64,000 nucleotides of DNA from the NCBI GenBank assembly GCA_050273025.1, contig CP158636.1, forward strand, positions 4,340,001 through 4,404,000, given 5' to 3'. Below the pieces are notes generated by a model. It did not search any database, was not told the origin of the DNA, and was given only the letters and a program-made list of their open reading frames with translations. The stretch's first letter is position 1, and every line of letters begins with the position of its first letter. The DNA is from Cenococcum geophilum. Taxonomy: Eukaryota. Shown here piece after piece: positions 41,153 to 54,282 of the stretch. The position numbers were made by a program, and so were the translations under genes.

Positions 41153-44100
41153 ATGACGACTACGAGCGAATTGAAAGTCAACCTCATCCTTAACCAGCCA
41201 TCTGATTGGACATAGTGGTTCTTTATTATCCAAGACACTGCCAAAACTAACGAGGTATGGGAGCACATTGACCCATCCAAAAAAGGCGAGCGTCTAAAGC
41301 TAGTATAACCAAGTCGTCCTATACTAAGGGATATACTACCTACGGCTACATCGATAGCAAAGCTAGACCTAAGTCAGCTTACCGCCTACAACTAGCTCTA
41401 TGCTGAATATAAAGACGATCTTCGCATATACGAGAAGCAAAAACGGGCTATAAACGATATCAGTAACTATATCGTTCGCACTATATCGGTAGCCTACCTT
41501 CTACTTATTAACGACCTTAATACGGTACACGAACGGCTTTAAGCACTTAAGACTGCACTAGCCCCTACCACCTTAGGTTAAAAACAAGACGTCCTAAATC
41601 AGTACACGGCTTTAAAAGTCTATAATAAAAAGCAGAGCATTGACAAATGGTTAAATAACTGGCGGAATGTCTACAAGCTTGCGGAGTAATTAAAGCTACC
41701 AGATGTATAAGGATTTAGGCCACACTATAACTTTATTTAAGCCATTAAATCCATCTCTTTTAGTTTTGCAGGAGTATTAGAAGTAGACCTCATCAGGAAA
41801 AAACGGAAGGATAAAGATGCCCCATCTATTATCGATCTAATTGAGGAATTTAAGGAGCACTACCGTATGCAGCAAGCAGCATCCACTGCTACCCCTACCA
41901 ATAACTCTGCTTTTGCAACCCTAGGCAATTCCAATTCTAATTTAGATTCTAATAGCAATTCTAATTCAGATTTAAAATGGAATAAGGAATGCATATACGG
42001 CTTCAAACATCGATTTAGTAGCTGCTACTATATCGTCAAGCAGAAGCGCCCTTAAGGATAGAAACCAAACCCAGATATCTAAAAGAAAGTAAAAAAAGCA
42101 ATCTTATCTACGCCTTAGATTAAACGCATTGTTAACCTTATCTTAAAAAGAGAATAGGAAGCAAAGAAGAACACAGAATCTATAATTGATTTTAATTCCA
42201 AAACCCTACCTTCTAAAACCCCGACTAGCCATACTACCATATTCAGTACTGGTCAAACTCTATTTAAACTCCAGAACACCTAGATACTCGACCCTGGTAT
42301 AGATACCCACGTCTATAACAACTAAGAAGACTTTACCTTCTCCTACCCAGCTACAGAAGACAACTACCTAATTGCTGGTGGAAATTGTGAAAAGATACAG
42401 GCTTACGGAATAGTAACGATTACTGTTAATACACCTACTGGGAGCTCAAAAATGAAGCTATCCTACGTAGCATTGGTACCTACCATGTTTATAAATATCG
42501 TAGCACTATTAAGGGCTACAGATAACAATATCTATTTTAACTTAGGACGAAACTTACTATACCGTCTAGTAACTGGCGAAATAGTATGCTATACGAAACG
42601 ACTAGGGGGCTACTAGGCACTGATGCACCGAGAGCCTATAAATACCCTAGATTCGACAACTTAATCGACCTTCTTATTAAGAAGACATTAACTAAGCAGA
42701 ATGGCCCGCAAACTAGTCGGAGCTATAGCTACAAAATGGTATAAAATACTTGGCTATGCAGGACCTAACGCTATTGAGCAGCTTCCTAAGTACGTTAATG
42801 GCGCAGAGCTCGAAGAGCTAATTGACGAACGAGCACCGCTTAAAATTGAATGCGAAGTCTGCTCAATATTAAAGCATACGCAGCAGATCTTTTGAAGACG
42901 AGAACACGAATTTCTAGCCACTTGACCATTTGAGCGGGTAGCATTCGATATCATTACCCTTAGAGAACTAGGGTACAACGGCGATAGATATGTGATATAC
43001 TTCTATTGCACGTATTCCAAATTTAATTTTGTATTTACCGCTAAGAATAAGGATAAAGCTACCGTCCTACCTACTATCCGTAAGACCCACCGTTTAATCA
43101 AAATATAATTCCACTAAGACGTGATCTTCTTCTGGAGCGACGACGAATAAGCTTTTGGACAAATAGGAGACACCTTAAATACATGGTGCGCAGACGAAGG
43201 CATTACTTTTAAATGCCGAGCCCCGTATACAGAAGAACAAAATGGCGGAGCTGAACGATCTGGACAAACCCTTATGGATCGATTAAGGGCTATGCAGCTA
43301 GAAGTATCCTTACCCCCATCTCTAGGACCAGAGGCTTTCCTTGCTGCTGGCTACGCACTTAATCGAACCCCAAATGAGCAACTAGGATGGAAAACTCCGT
43401 ACGAGATCGCCTACGGCAAGCCACCGTCACTTACCCATATGCATATATATGGCTGTAAAACCTATACACTAGATAAACGAATTAAAAGGGGAGATAAACT
43501 AGCTCCTCGTGTATTAATTGGACACCTGGTCGGCTACGATTTAACTAATATCTACCGAATCTGGATTCCGAGTCTCCGTAAGGTTATTTGAACTAGAGAC
43601 GTCATATTTAACGAGACCTCGTTCTATGACCCTAAGGATTAAGATATCGACTACCTGCTAAGGGAAGCATTAGAGGACACTATCCAGACGATTAGTCTAC
43701 TAGAACCTCTCTATGAGGATAAGTCTGAGGATAAATCTGTCCTATATAGACCTACCTTAAATGTAAAATAAACGACTATACCTAAATTAAACGATGCGGC
43801 AGAGCCTCGTATAAAGGATATTGAACAGTTACCGACTCCTAGCAGAATGGTATCTCTAGATTTACTAGAATCGAACACCTCACTATAAGGACTTTAAGAC
43901 GACATCCTAGATATAATTAAAACAATTCTAACCTAGCTAAGCTCTCCAGAACTATTTAATAGAGTAACTAATATAGCTTTATAAGCTAACAAAGTCTCGG
44001 CCAAACCTTCTGCCGACCTTATCCTACTAGAAGGATTAAAACGAATTCAACGTTAAGCGTATGCAGCAGCGCTAGCCAATCTATATACCCTATCTGGTTA

Positions 44101-45766
44101 CTACACTGGATTTGCCACAGGACTAGTAAAGGATATCGACCGAACTAGATCCTTATCTCTATATTGGGATAACCTTCCTCCTAAACCAAAGAATCTCAAA
44201 GATCTGAGAAAGCACCCTTTGACTACTGGCTTTTAAAAGGCTATGGAAAAAGAATATAACGACCTAAAACGCTGAGGGACATTTAAGACTGTACTAAAAG
44301 CAGAAGTAGGCAACGAGCAGATTCTTCTACTAAAATGGGTCTTTAAATATAAGCTCGACAGTGACGGTTATCTTCAAAAGCTTAAAGCTCGACTATGTGT
44401 CCGCGGAGACCTGCAGATTACAGAGGAAGAGACCTATGCAGCAACCCTAGCTGCTCGAATATTCCGTGCTCTTATGGCTATAGCAGCCGCATTCGACCTG
44501 GAAATTTGATAGTATGACGCTGTAAACGCATTTATAAACGCTAAGCTTAGTAAACCAATCTACTGCTACTGCCTAGAAGGATTTGATTAAAACGGACATG
44601 TCCTAAAGCTACTCATGGCGCTATATGGATTAAAAATCTCACCACTACTTTGGTATAAAGAGCTTACTAATACACTGGCTAAATTTGGATTAGAACTAGT
44701 ACTAGGTATTAACTGCCTATTTACTGACAGACGACTTATTGTCTTCTTCTATGTAGATGATATTGCTGTCCTATTTGCCAAAAAGGACCTTTTAAGACTT
44801 AAAGAATTTAAAGCAAAATTGCTGCGCTGATACGAGATCCGTGCACTAGGAGACCTACAATGGTTCCTAGGAATTCAAATTAAACGAGATCGACTAAATT
44901 GAAAGCTCTGGCTCTGCCAAGATTCCTATATCGAAAAGATAGCCAATCAATTCAATATTTAACCAGGAAGATTTCCTAAATCTCCACTACCCGCTGAACT
45001 GATTCCGTCTGACCAGCAGACGAACCCTTAAAGAACACTAGCCTATTAGTAATGGGTTGGTTCTCTTGCACACCTAGCCGTATTTGGAAGACCTAATATT
45101 ACTAAGACGCATTCTAAGCTGGCCGAATTCCTTACTAATCCAAATTAAGAACACCTTGATGCAGCAAACCAAGCCATTTCCTACTGCCTTAGAACAAAAT
45201 CAACAGCTATTGAATACTCTGGCGAAGCCTTTGGAGTATATGTCTATTACAGAAACCTAGAAGGAGAAGACGTCACCTTTTACGGAGCATCTGATGTAGC
45301 ATTTGCGGACGATAAGGAGACTAGACGGAGCTCTTAGGGGTACCTATTTATGCTATTCGGAGGACCAATTGATTGGAAAGCTACCTTATAACGATTGGTT
45401 ACTCGTTTAACTACCGAAGCGGAGCTTCTCTCCCTATCTACTGCTGCCGTTGAAATTATCTGGTGGCAACGATTCTTTGAAGCAATAGGCTTCAATTTAG
45501 AACGTGATTTTACCGTGCTCTGTGACAATATGCAGACCGTACAACTCCTAAGACAGGATACACTAAAGCTTGACACTAAGCTTCGACATATCGACGTCTA
45601 TTAGCACTGGCTGAGACAGGAAGTCCAAGTCAAAAAGATTAACGTTTAATGGGTCCCTACAGACAAGATGCCTGCCGACGGTCTTACTAAGATCTTACCC
45701 CGTTAAAAGCACGAGGCATGGATAAAGCAATTGAATTTGGTGGATATTCAACATTAGATCAATTAA
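41153..45766 (+). pseudogene. Copia 4 gag-pol polyprotein
   Basis: EQNGGAER, NRTP, KWVFKYK, KARLCVRGD, ALYGLK, FYVDD, TTEAELL, RHID, MPADGLTK motifs, with scattered RIP stops. Confidence 0.95.
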
Positions 45767-46683
45767 CTCCATTCGCAATGTCCGCGATATCCGCAATATC
45801 CGCGATATTCGCAATATTCGCAATATACCATTTTAATTACCCTACCTTTTGCTACTCTTAAATTGTATCTAAATTTCCTATTTTGGTATAGCTTCTGCCC
45901 TCATTTTATGTTCTACAGCTTTAACTACACCGTTAAATCTGGGGGGGTGTGTAACCGACTACCGACACTACGTTAAGACACAAGATCACCGCTTGGAAGG
46001 CTCCAAGATGGCGTTAACGCTACCCAATATAGTGGTTGCAGATCAATATTGGTAGCAGATTACCGTTCCCATTTCAGCTATCTATTACCCCATCACTTCT
46101 ACCTTCTTTGTGTATATATAGAGCCTTTAGAGCTACATTCACAATCAAGTCGTTTATTCAATTCTTCGCACTGCAAAGCTTATATAAGAGTTAGTATTTA
46201 CTATACTAGTATTATTACCTAATCCTAATATAGTTACTACCATTAACGGCGTTATAACTACTACTTTTAGTAGTAAATATATAATAAAGCCTTATAGGAA
46301 ATACTATAGTAAACTTATTAATAAGCTAGGTATATAGGTATAAAATAGTTAATAATATAAATATAACTAGTAAAGTAGTTACCTAATAAATTAACTCTAA
46401 TTATATTTTAAGATTTACTATAAAGAAGAGAACTATTTAAGTAGGGATTATAGTCCTTTAAATATATAATACTGCGCCTAAGAAATATGCTAAGTACATT
46501 AGTATATTATATTCCTATATTTCTATATTTTTATATTCCGAACTTATAATATAACTAATTATATAACTTAGCTACCTTTTATTTTATAGCTTAATTGGTT
46601 TTAGCGCCTTTTATACTATCTTAACTAACCTATTTATATCTCTTCTTAGTAGTTATACCACTGCTAATATAAAGTCCGTAATA

Positions 46684-47353
46684 CTTTACCCTCTTCTCTT
46701 CCTACTTTTTTTAAAGCTTTTTATCGTTCTTCTTTTGTGCCTTTACTACTAATAAAACTTATACCTTCCTATAGGCGGCTTTTATCTTACTATAACGCTC
46801 CTTTTTCTATTTTTTAAAAAGCTCCTAATTTATTCGCTTAAGGATTATATTATTAGCTACCGTACTTAATATAAACTACTAAATATTATATATAACTTAA
46901 GAATATAGGGGTAATGCACCTTACAAGAGCTGCCTAAATATTTTAGTAAGTCTTTTCTCTACGGAAGGAGATACGGGTATATTAAATTTGTGGCCATTTT
47001 TATCTATAAAGCTTATATAGGAAGGAGTTATTAGCTAAATCTTTTTTAAAACAATTAAAGGAGGATTAAACGGTAGAAGGCCAGTTACCCGCCATGCGCT
47101 TACTATATTAGTTAGTAATATAGCTTTATCTTATATAGCTTAGTAATATTAACAGCTTTATAAAAGGTAAAGTTATAAAGGCACTTTTAATAGGCTTTTA
47201 ATAAGGGGCTAAATATACTAATATTAAGGGGTTAAAGTAGGTATGTTAAATAAGGTAGTAAATAAAAAGGGATAATCTTATAAGCCTTGTAATACTTAAC
47301 AAACTATATTAATACGTAGCTCTTATATCCGTTAAGAATTAATAAGCGATAAA
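46684..47353 (-). mobile_element. Fot1/pogo-like DDE transposase fragment
   Basis: Minus strand YRLLILNGYKSY..FVKYYKAYKII.. and *PLNISIFSPL correspond to the RIP form of RLLILDGHxSH...QPLDVGxFxPL. SAWRVTGLLPFNP is also present. Confidence 0.85.
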
Positions 47354-50300
47354 TATTACGGACCTTATATTAGTAGTAGTACGACTACTAAAAAGAGATA
47401 TAAATAGGTTAGTTAAGATAATATAGGAGGCGCTAAAACTAATTAAGCTATAGAATAAGGGGTAGCTAAGTTATATAATTAGTTATATTATAAGTTTAGA
47501 ATATAGGAATATAATATACTAATATACTAATATACTAACATACTTAGTATATTTCTTAGGCGCAGTATTATATATTTAAAGGACTATAGCCCCTACCTAA
47601 ATAGTTCTCTTCTTTATAGTAAATCTTAAAATATAATTAGAGTTAATCTATTAAGTAACTACTCTACTAGTTATATTTATATTCTTAACTATTCTATACC
47701 TATATATTATTATTATTCATTGCTTAACGTCCGACTCGGATCCCTATTAGGCCTACGCGGACTACTCCTTATATACATATAGGGAGAAAACTCTATTTAA
47801 GAAAACCCTATAATCCATTTCTCTGCCTTTTGGGACTCGCTTATAAGGCGCCTACAAGGCGCCTACAAGTCACCTATAGTGCTCTACTACCTTACTTTTT
47901 AACCTTTTTAGGAACTACTGCTGCCGTAACAAGCCTACGGACGCGCTAGTATCGCAAACTTTACTCTACCACTGTAGAGTTATTAGGGGGCGCCCGTTAC
48001 TCGCCCTCCCGCCCTCTATTACCATTTCCTTTATAACCTAAAACTAGTTTAGTATATTTTAGCTAATAAGCTACTAGGTAACCGCCTTAAGGCCTTTTTA
48101 TATTAAGAGTAGTATATTATAGTTCTCTATGCCAGCTACTAAGAGTATTACTTCTTAGTTAGTGCGTAAGGGGCATAACAGTATTATATATTTTAGTGTC
48201 TATCTTAGCTAGCTATATTTATATCTTAAGCTACCTACTAGAATACCTACCCAGTAGAGCTAGTCTTTTAGTCCTATTATTCCTGTTCTTAAGAGTATTA
48301 CCATTATATTTTCTACCTTTATTAGGCCTTCTTAGAGCCCTAGAGTATTTACCCCCCATAGCGTTAACTATACTACGGCTTAGGTTCCTCTTACCTTAGT
48401 TAGCCTCTATACCTTTAACTCCTATATACTTCTCTAGTATTAGTTTAGCCAGTATTATATTACGGTAGATAGTTTCCTAGTATTCTTTTATGCTCTACTT
48501 TAGCTCCTTTCTCTCTCTTACTATTATCTTTACTAGCCTCTTACGCGTCTCCCTTCCTCCTCTATATAGGCCTAGGCCCTAAAGCAGCACCATTCTTCTT
48601 CTACTTTCTTTACCTATTTCTCTAATATATCTTCCCTACTTTAGGGTTATTAGTTTATTCTCCTATAGGGTGCCCTAGGGTCCCTTTATAGTTTATTTAG
48701 GCGTGTCTTAATATACTTTATAATATTAGAGTTACGTTTATTTTACACCCTTTATATTATAGCGGCTTTAATATATAGTTATAGGGGGGGAATATTAGCT
48801 TCCTTTTTAAGCAGTGCTGTAGCCGTTTACTTATATTCGCCTATTATACTCTAAAGGCAGGCTATTTAGACCTTTTAAAGTAATTTAAGGAGTGATTTAG
48901 GAGGGCCTTTTTTAGATTCTCTAATGGCCTAAATACTAGACCTATACGTTATAGTTGGCTAGATAACTACTATATATAATAGGCGTGACCTTTAGAAGTA
49001 TGGACCCTATATAGAATTAACAATCCTAAATAATGTAATATACTGTACTTAGCCCTTATGGGCCGCTTGCGCTGTATATATACTCTACTAGAGCTTACTA
49101 TCTACCTATACTCCTAATACCCTTAGGCCCTAAACTGGTTAACCCCTAAAGCCTTAGATGTAAATTATATACTAAAGATCTGTAGATTAGTTACGTTTTT
49201 TTATAAAGTGGATTAGCTGGTATTTCTCTAGTAAGAATTGAACTTTATATTGTCTTACCTATTCTATATAGGTGTTATAAGCTTTCTCTAGTATTTTACA
49301 ATTCTCTACGGCTATTAGCCCATATATAATTAGGTTTATATTATTAATAAAGCCTATTCCCTAAGTCGCCCCTTCCTTAAAGGAGTTAAGCAGGTTGCTT
49401 ATAAAGAAAAGGAAGAGTATAGGTAAGAGGGGTAATCCTTATAGTATTCCTATTATAACTGCAATAAGGGGGCTTTAGTATCCGTTAAAGACTAGTAATA
49501 TTTCTTTCTAACCTATAAACCCTTAAATAAATTATATAATCCATTCTAGGAAGCCTTTTACCCTAAGGATGTATAGGAGACGCTTATGGGGTACGTTATT
49601 ATAGGCGCCGCTAATATCTAGGCTAAGTATTAATACTACAAAATCCCTTCGCATCGCCTATACAGATTTAATAGTAGTAGCGAGTAGCGTAAGTGCTAAT
49701 AGTGTTAAGCGGTTCTTTCTTGCCCCTATTTAGCTTTATAGTAGTAAGTTATATTTCTTAGCCGTATCTACTATGCGGTCCGCTATTACCTTTTCTAAGA
49801 TCTTACTAAGGGTATTTTCTAAAGCAATAGGGCGGTAGCTTCTTGGGATTAAATAATCTACTTTACCTTCTTTCCGTAGAACATCTGTCGTTATAGATCT
49901 TCCGAGTCGTAGGTAGTAGCCTACGGTAAAGTATGCCCTAGCTATATCTACAAGCTAGGGTGCTATAAGTGGTCTATAGGTTTTTAAGGCCTTATTTAGA
50001 ATCCTATCTAGTCCTAGTACTATATTATTTAAAAGGCGGCTAATAGCTCTAGCCATTTCCTCTATTATTATATTGCTGTTAACCCTTAGGCGAGTTACTA
50101 GTGTTTTACCTATAATATTGCTAAGGTCTACTAAAGCTAGTTAGGGGAAGAACCTTTTTATAAGGATCTTTACCTTCTTATTATTGTTATTAGTAGCCTA
50201 TAATTCCCCTACTCTTTATAGGGGTAGTAGGTATAAATCTTCTGCTAGGCGCCCTGCCTTTTTCTTTACCTATTTTACTATAGCCTAAAGGCCCTTATTA

Positions 50301-53300
50301 TAGGGGAGGCTCGGGTTAAAAGTATACTCGTTTATAAACCGTCTCCAGTTATTTCTTACTTCTTTCTTTAGGGTATTCTTTAACTGGTTTCTCGTGTCTT
50401 TATATTATCTCTTGTCTTTAGAGTTATAGCTACTTATATATTTCCTTTTTACTTATTATTAGCTAGTAATAAGAACCGCGTATTATGCGGACTATGCGTA
50501 TTGTATATTAGGGCCTAGTTTTAAGACCGGGCAGTGCTCTTTTAGCCTGTTTTTAATCTCTACCTAAATCCTTTTTAGTCTTTAGTCGATTTCCTTAGGG
50601 GTAGCTAATAAGCCTTACTTATTTGGAATTAGGTGGATTTCTTCTAGGTCTTAAAGTTGTTGTTTAACTGTATTAAGGAAACTGTTTATTTTAAGCTTCC
50701 TTATTACGTATCTTTTACTACTTAGTTGCGCCTTAATACCTAAATCTAGCTATATCTAGATAGGGATATAGTCTAAAGCGAGTGCCTATTCTTCTTTAGG
50801 GTTATACCTTTTAAGTCTCTAGTATAGGCCTTTGTCCATAAATATAAGGTTAATTATACTTTTAGAAGTTTCTTATTACCATATAGTTGCTCCTAAAGGG
50901 GTGGTTAACTTAAGGCCCTAGGTGTCTATAGCTTTTAGTAGGCACTCTACCTATTAATTAGTAGTAATATAGATACCCTCCCACCGCGGGTAGTAGAGGT
51001 TTATGTCTCCTAGTAGGATAAACTCTATACCTTCGGTTTTTAGTAAGCTTATTACTAATATAATATTCTCTATTTATAGGACCCCTTTAACCCTAAAGTT
51101 ATATATATTAATAATTTATACCGGTCCCCTATATGTCTGGATTATTATAACTATAATATCTAGGTTAACTGCCTACTATAACTATAAGGATAGGCTAATA
51201 GCCTTACTAATTATAAAGCACACGTATATAGCTGCTTTTGGTTTATATAGGAGCTAGAATCCTTAGGGGCAGTATGTTAATTATATATAGGTATTATAGT
51301 ACGGCTCTTATATAGTAAGGATATAGTGTTTCTCTAGGTCTAAACTGTCTAGTAAAGGCCTTGTAAGATGGTGGTTTATATTACCGCAGTTATACTATAT
51401 AATGGATAGGTGGCGGACCCCCGGTAAGGGTCCTTCGCCTTTTCTTTATTTCTTACTTCTTCTATTTTTACTTTCTTTAGGATGTTTAGAACTTCTATCT
51501 CTTATATCTATACCCTAGTTACTACTCATTTTATATAGAGCTTTCTATTCCCGTATCTTATATTCCTACTAGCGCTTCTATATTTAAATCTATTATTATC
51601 TTTAGTTCCTCCCCTATTCTTACTAGCTGGCTATATACCCTTAGTAGGTCGGCTATAAATAATATATTTGCCGCGTTAAATCTAATTCTTAATTATCCTG
51701 GTTTTAAGCTTACTATAGCTGTTTATAGGGGTCTTTCTATAGGGCGTCCTCTCCCTTATATCTCTATACGGTCTAATAATATCGCGCGGCGCCACTTCTA
51801 GCCTATTAAGGCTTGGGATAGCTAGCCTAGCCCCCTAGTACTAAAGGTAGGAAACGCTAGAAAGGCACCTACGTCCCCCTAGCTTATTACCTATTATTTC
51901 TATTTATATAACCTAGCGTACAGTTATTCCCGCAGCTGTTAAGCCCTTACCTTCCGCCTCCTATATTTAATATAGTCTTCTCTCTCCTACGCCTTATATA
52001 TGCTTTAGTGGCAGTTTATATATTTTATTTAGTCTTAATTTAAGCAGTGTCTTATATCGTAGGGGCCTATATAGTAGCTATAGCACACCTATACTGCGTA
52101 TATGGATTAGGTATATCCCTATTATATATAGCGGTAGCATTATTCTAGGCGTAGTCTGTGGTTATAGAGCCTTACGTTATATATAAGGCTATTTATAATT
52201 ATTCCTTTTTAGATAAGAAGTTTTTATATTCCTAGTATATATATGCTAATAATAAGGGAGCTATATGTTTAACCGGCGTCTCCCTAGCGAGTCTCTAGCG
52301 ACCCTTATATCCTCTTATTATTCTTATTATTTACTTAGTTTGTATTTTCCTATTAAAGCTATTAGATTTAGGTAATCTTAAGGCCTAGTATAAGGCGTTC
52401 TGTATGTTTTACTATTTCCTATATAATTGCTATGTTGTCCGCCTAGCGTCCCTTTTCTACCCTAAGGCTTATAGAAACCACTAGGACTTTAACTAAGTAG
52501 TCTTTATAAAGCACTTTTATGCTAATATATTCTCCTAGCCTATCCCCTACCCTTACGGCTTATTCCTTTACCTATTAGTCCTTTAAGGTAACTCTAATGT
52601 CTCCGCTCCTAAGGTATTGGACTATAACTATATTATAGACCTCTTTATAAATCTCTATGAAGACTTCTATTTCTAATTATCCCCTAAGCCCCTCTGCTTT
52701 TTCTATATTTAGTTATATTATAATTATATACCCGGTTATTATCTTAAGGGAGGTAGGTTCCCTATACTGTAGAAGCACAGCTATAGTGGCCTAGGTGCGG
52801 TTTGCCAGTAAGGGGGGTTTTTATTTATTTTTAATTTTACTTAGCCGTTAAAGAATTTAATTAAGGGTTTACTAAAGGGGCGCCTAAGGTTCGCTAGACT
52901 GGCGGAGCCATTTTACTAGCTATATTAGTTTGTTATAGCTAATAGTTACTCCCCTATAATTCTAGATACTAGACGCGTCTAGTAGGCTTTATATTTTATT
53001 AGATGCCTTCTTAATAGAGGTATTTCCGCTTTATAGTGTGGTATTCGCCCGTCTTTGTTATAGAGGGCCGTTATTAGGCGTGGATCTAGCGGTTACGCGC
53101 GAGTGCAAGCCACCGTCGGTTAACGTATGCCTCCCCTACGATATATGGATCTTAGGGGGATTCTCTAGGTGTTTTTTAGGGTTCTTTTTGGTTAGTTTTG
53201 GTCTTTTTAGGCCGGGTGCAGTAAGAGCTCTAAGATTTCTATAAAGGTATATATCTCTATACCTATATACCTAGCCTATTAATAAGTTTACCGTAATATT

Positions 53301-54282
53301 TCCTATAAGGCTTTATTATATATTTACTACTATAATTATAATAGAAAAAGTTAAATAATATGCTACTAAAAGTAGTAGTTATAATACCGTTAATAGTAGT
53401 AACTATATTAGGATTAGGTAATAATACTAGTATAGTAAATACTAACTCTTAGCTAGTTATAGTTAGATAATTATAAGCTATAGTTAACTAATTAATAAAT
53501 AATAATAAGATATTTAAAGAAAGAATTAATAGGATCGGAGTAGTAAAAATTAAGCTACTATCTATTAAGCGATTTTTAGGTAAAAAGTTAAAACTTAAAG
53601 GATTCCTTATATAGATATACTTTAAGGTTATATAAGAGAAAGCGAAGCTAGTAATACCTATAGATTAAATAGCTTATATAGGACTATTCCTATTAAAAAG
53701 GGCACTTAAGTAGTTTAAGCCTTACCTTATAAAGGTATAGGAAAGTAATATAATAGCTACTAACTAAAAAGTATAATATATATTTATAAGTTAGAATATG
53801 TTTGCGGAATACCTAATATAAATATTTAAAAACCTAAGAGTAACTACTATAGCAAAATAAAAGCTTTAAAACTTAATATAACGAACCTTAATAATTAAGT
53901 ATATAATATAGTTTTAGATATTAGCTATATAAGTTAAATAGAATAATAAGGCGCTTATAGTATAGTATAAATAGGGACTTAAAGTAAAAGTTTAAGATAT
54001 AATTATCCTAATAGAAGATACGGACACTCTTAGGAAATTAATTAATTAAGTAATTAAGATTAATAATAGGATCTACTAAAGAGAGTAGACTAAAAAGGGT
54101 TAAAATAGAGTTTAATAGTTATATAAGGCGTAGGTTACGTAATAATAGAGTTAAAATTAAAAACTATAGTATAGCGTAGAGCTAATAGACTTAAGTAGTA
54201 CTAAATAAAATAAAAAACAAAATAAGAAAACTATAGAAACCTAAAAAATAAGGATTAAGTAATTAAAGGTTTAAGAAGTAGA
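47354..54282 (+). mobile_element. Gypsy family B copy 2, 5' LTR and gag start (47354-47706, 53256-54282), interrupted by a LINE and then by copy 3
   Basis: Colinear with 54283-55640. Confidence 0.88.
47707..53255 (-). mobile_element. Tad1-like LINE (ORF1 with zinc knuckles; ORF2 EN-RT-RNaseH), RIP-inactivated
   Basis: 14-bp TSD TCTATACCTATATA at 47693-47706 and 53256-53269, (AAT)n 3' tail. Motifs I*EPY, LGDINL, SYRPIAL, LDISGAYNNV, LPLLPILF. Confidence 0.93.

Larger units (their letters stand above)
40672..46184 (+). mobile_element. Full-length canonical Ty1/Copia element 4, least RIP-damaged
   Basis: 235-bp LTRs at 40672-40906 and 45950-46184, TSD TAAGA. PBS GTTATGAGCCC, PPT at 45941-45949. 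Confidence 0.98.
14641..46683 (-). mobile_element. Gypsy family B copy 1, split by five direct insertions; 3' part not in the window
   Basis: Segments 14641-15162, 17370-17894, 23897-26352, 38753-40671 and 46185-46683 are colinear reverse complements of copy 3 (54283-60215). The 5' LTR outer edge is at 46683. Confidence 0.9.

Noticed and set aside
46300..47706. Inverted LTR pair around the pogo fragment as one composite transposon
   Set aside because: Each LTR continues into its own Gypsy B body, so these are two independent insertions in opposite orientation.
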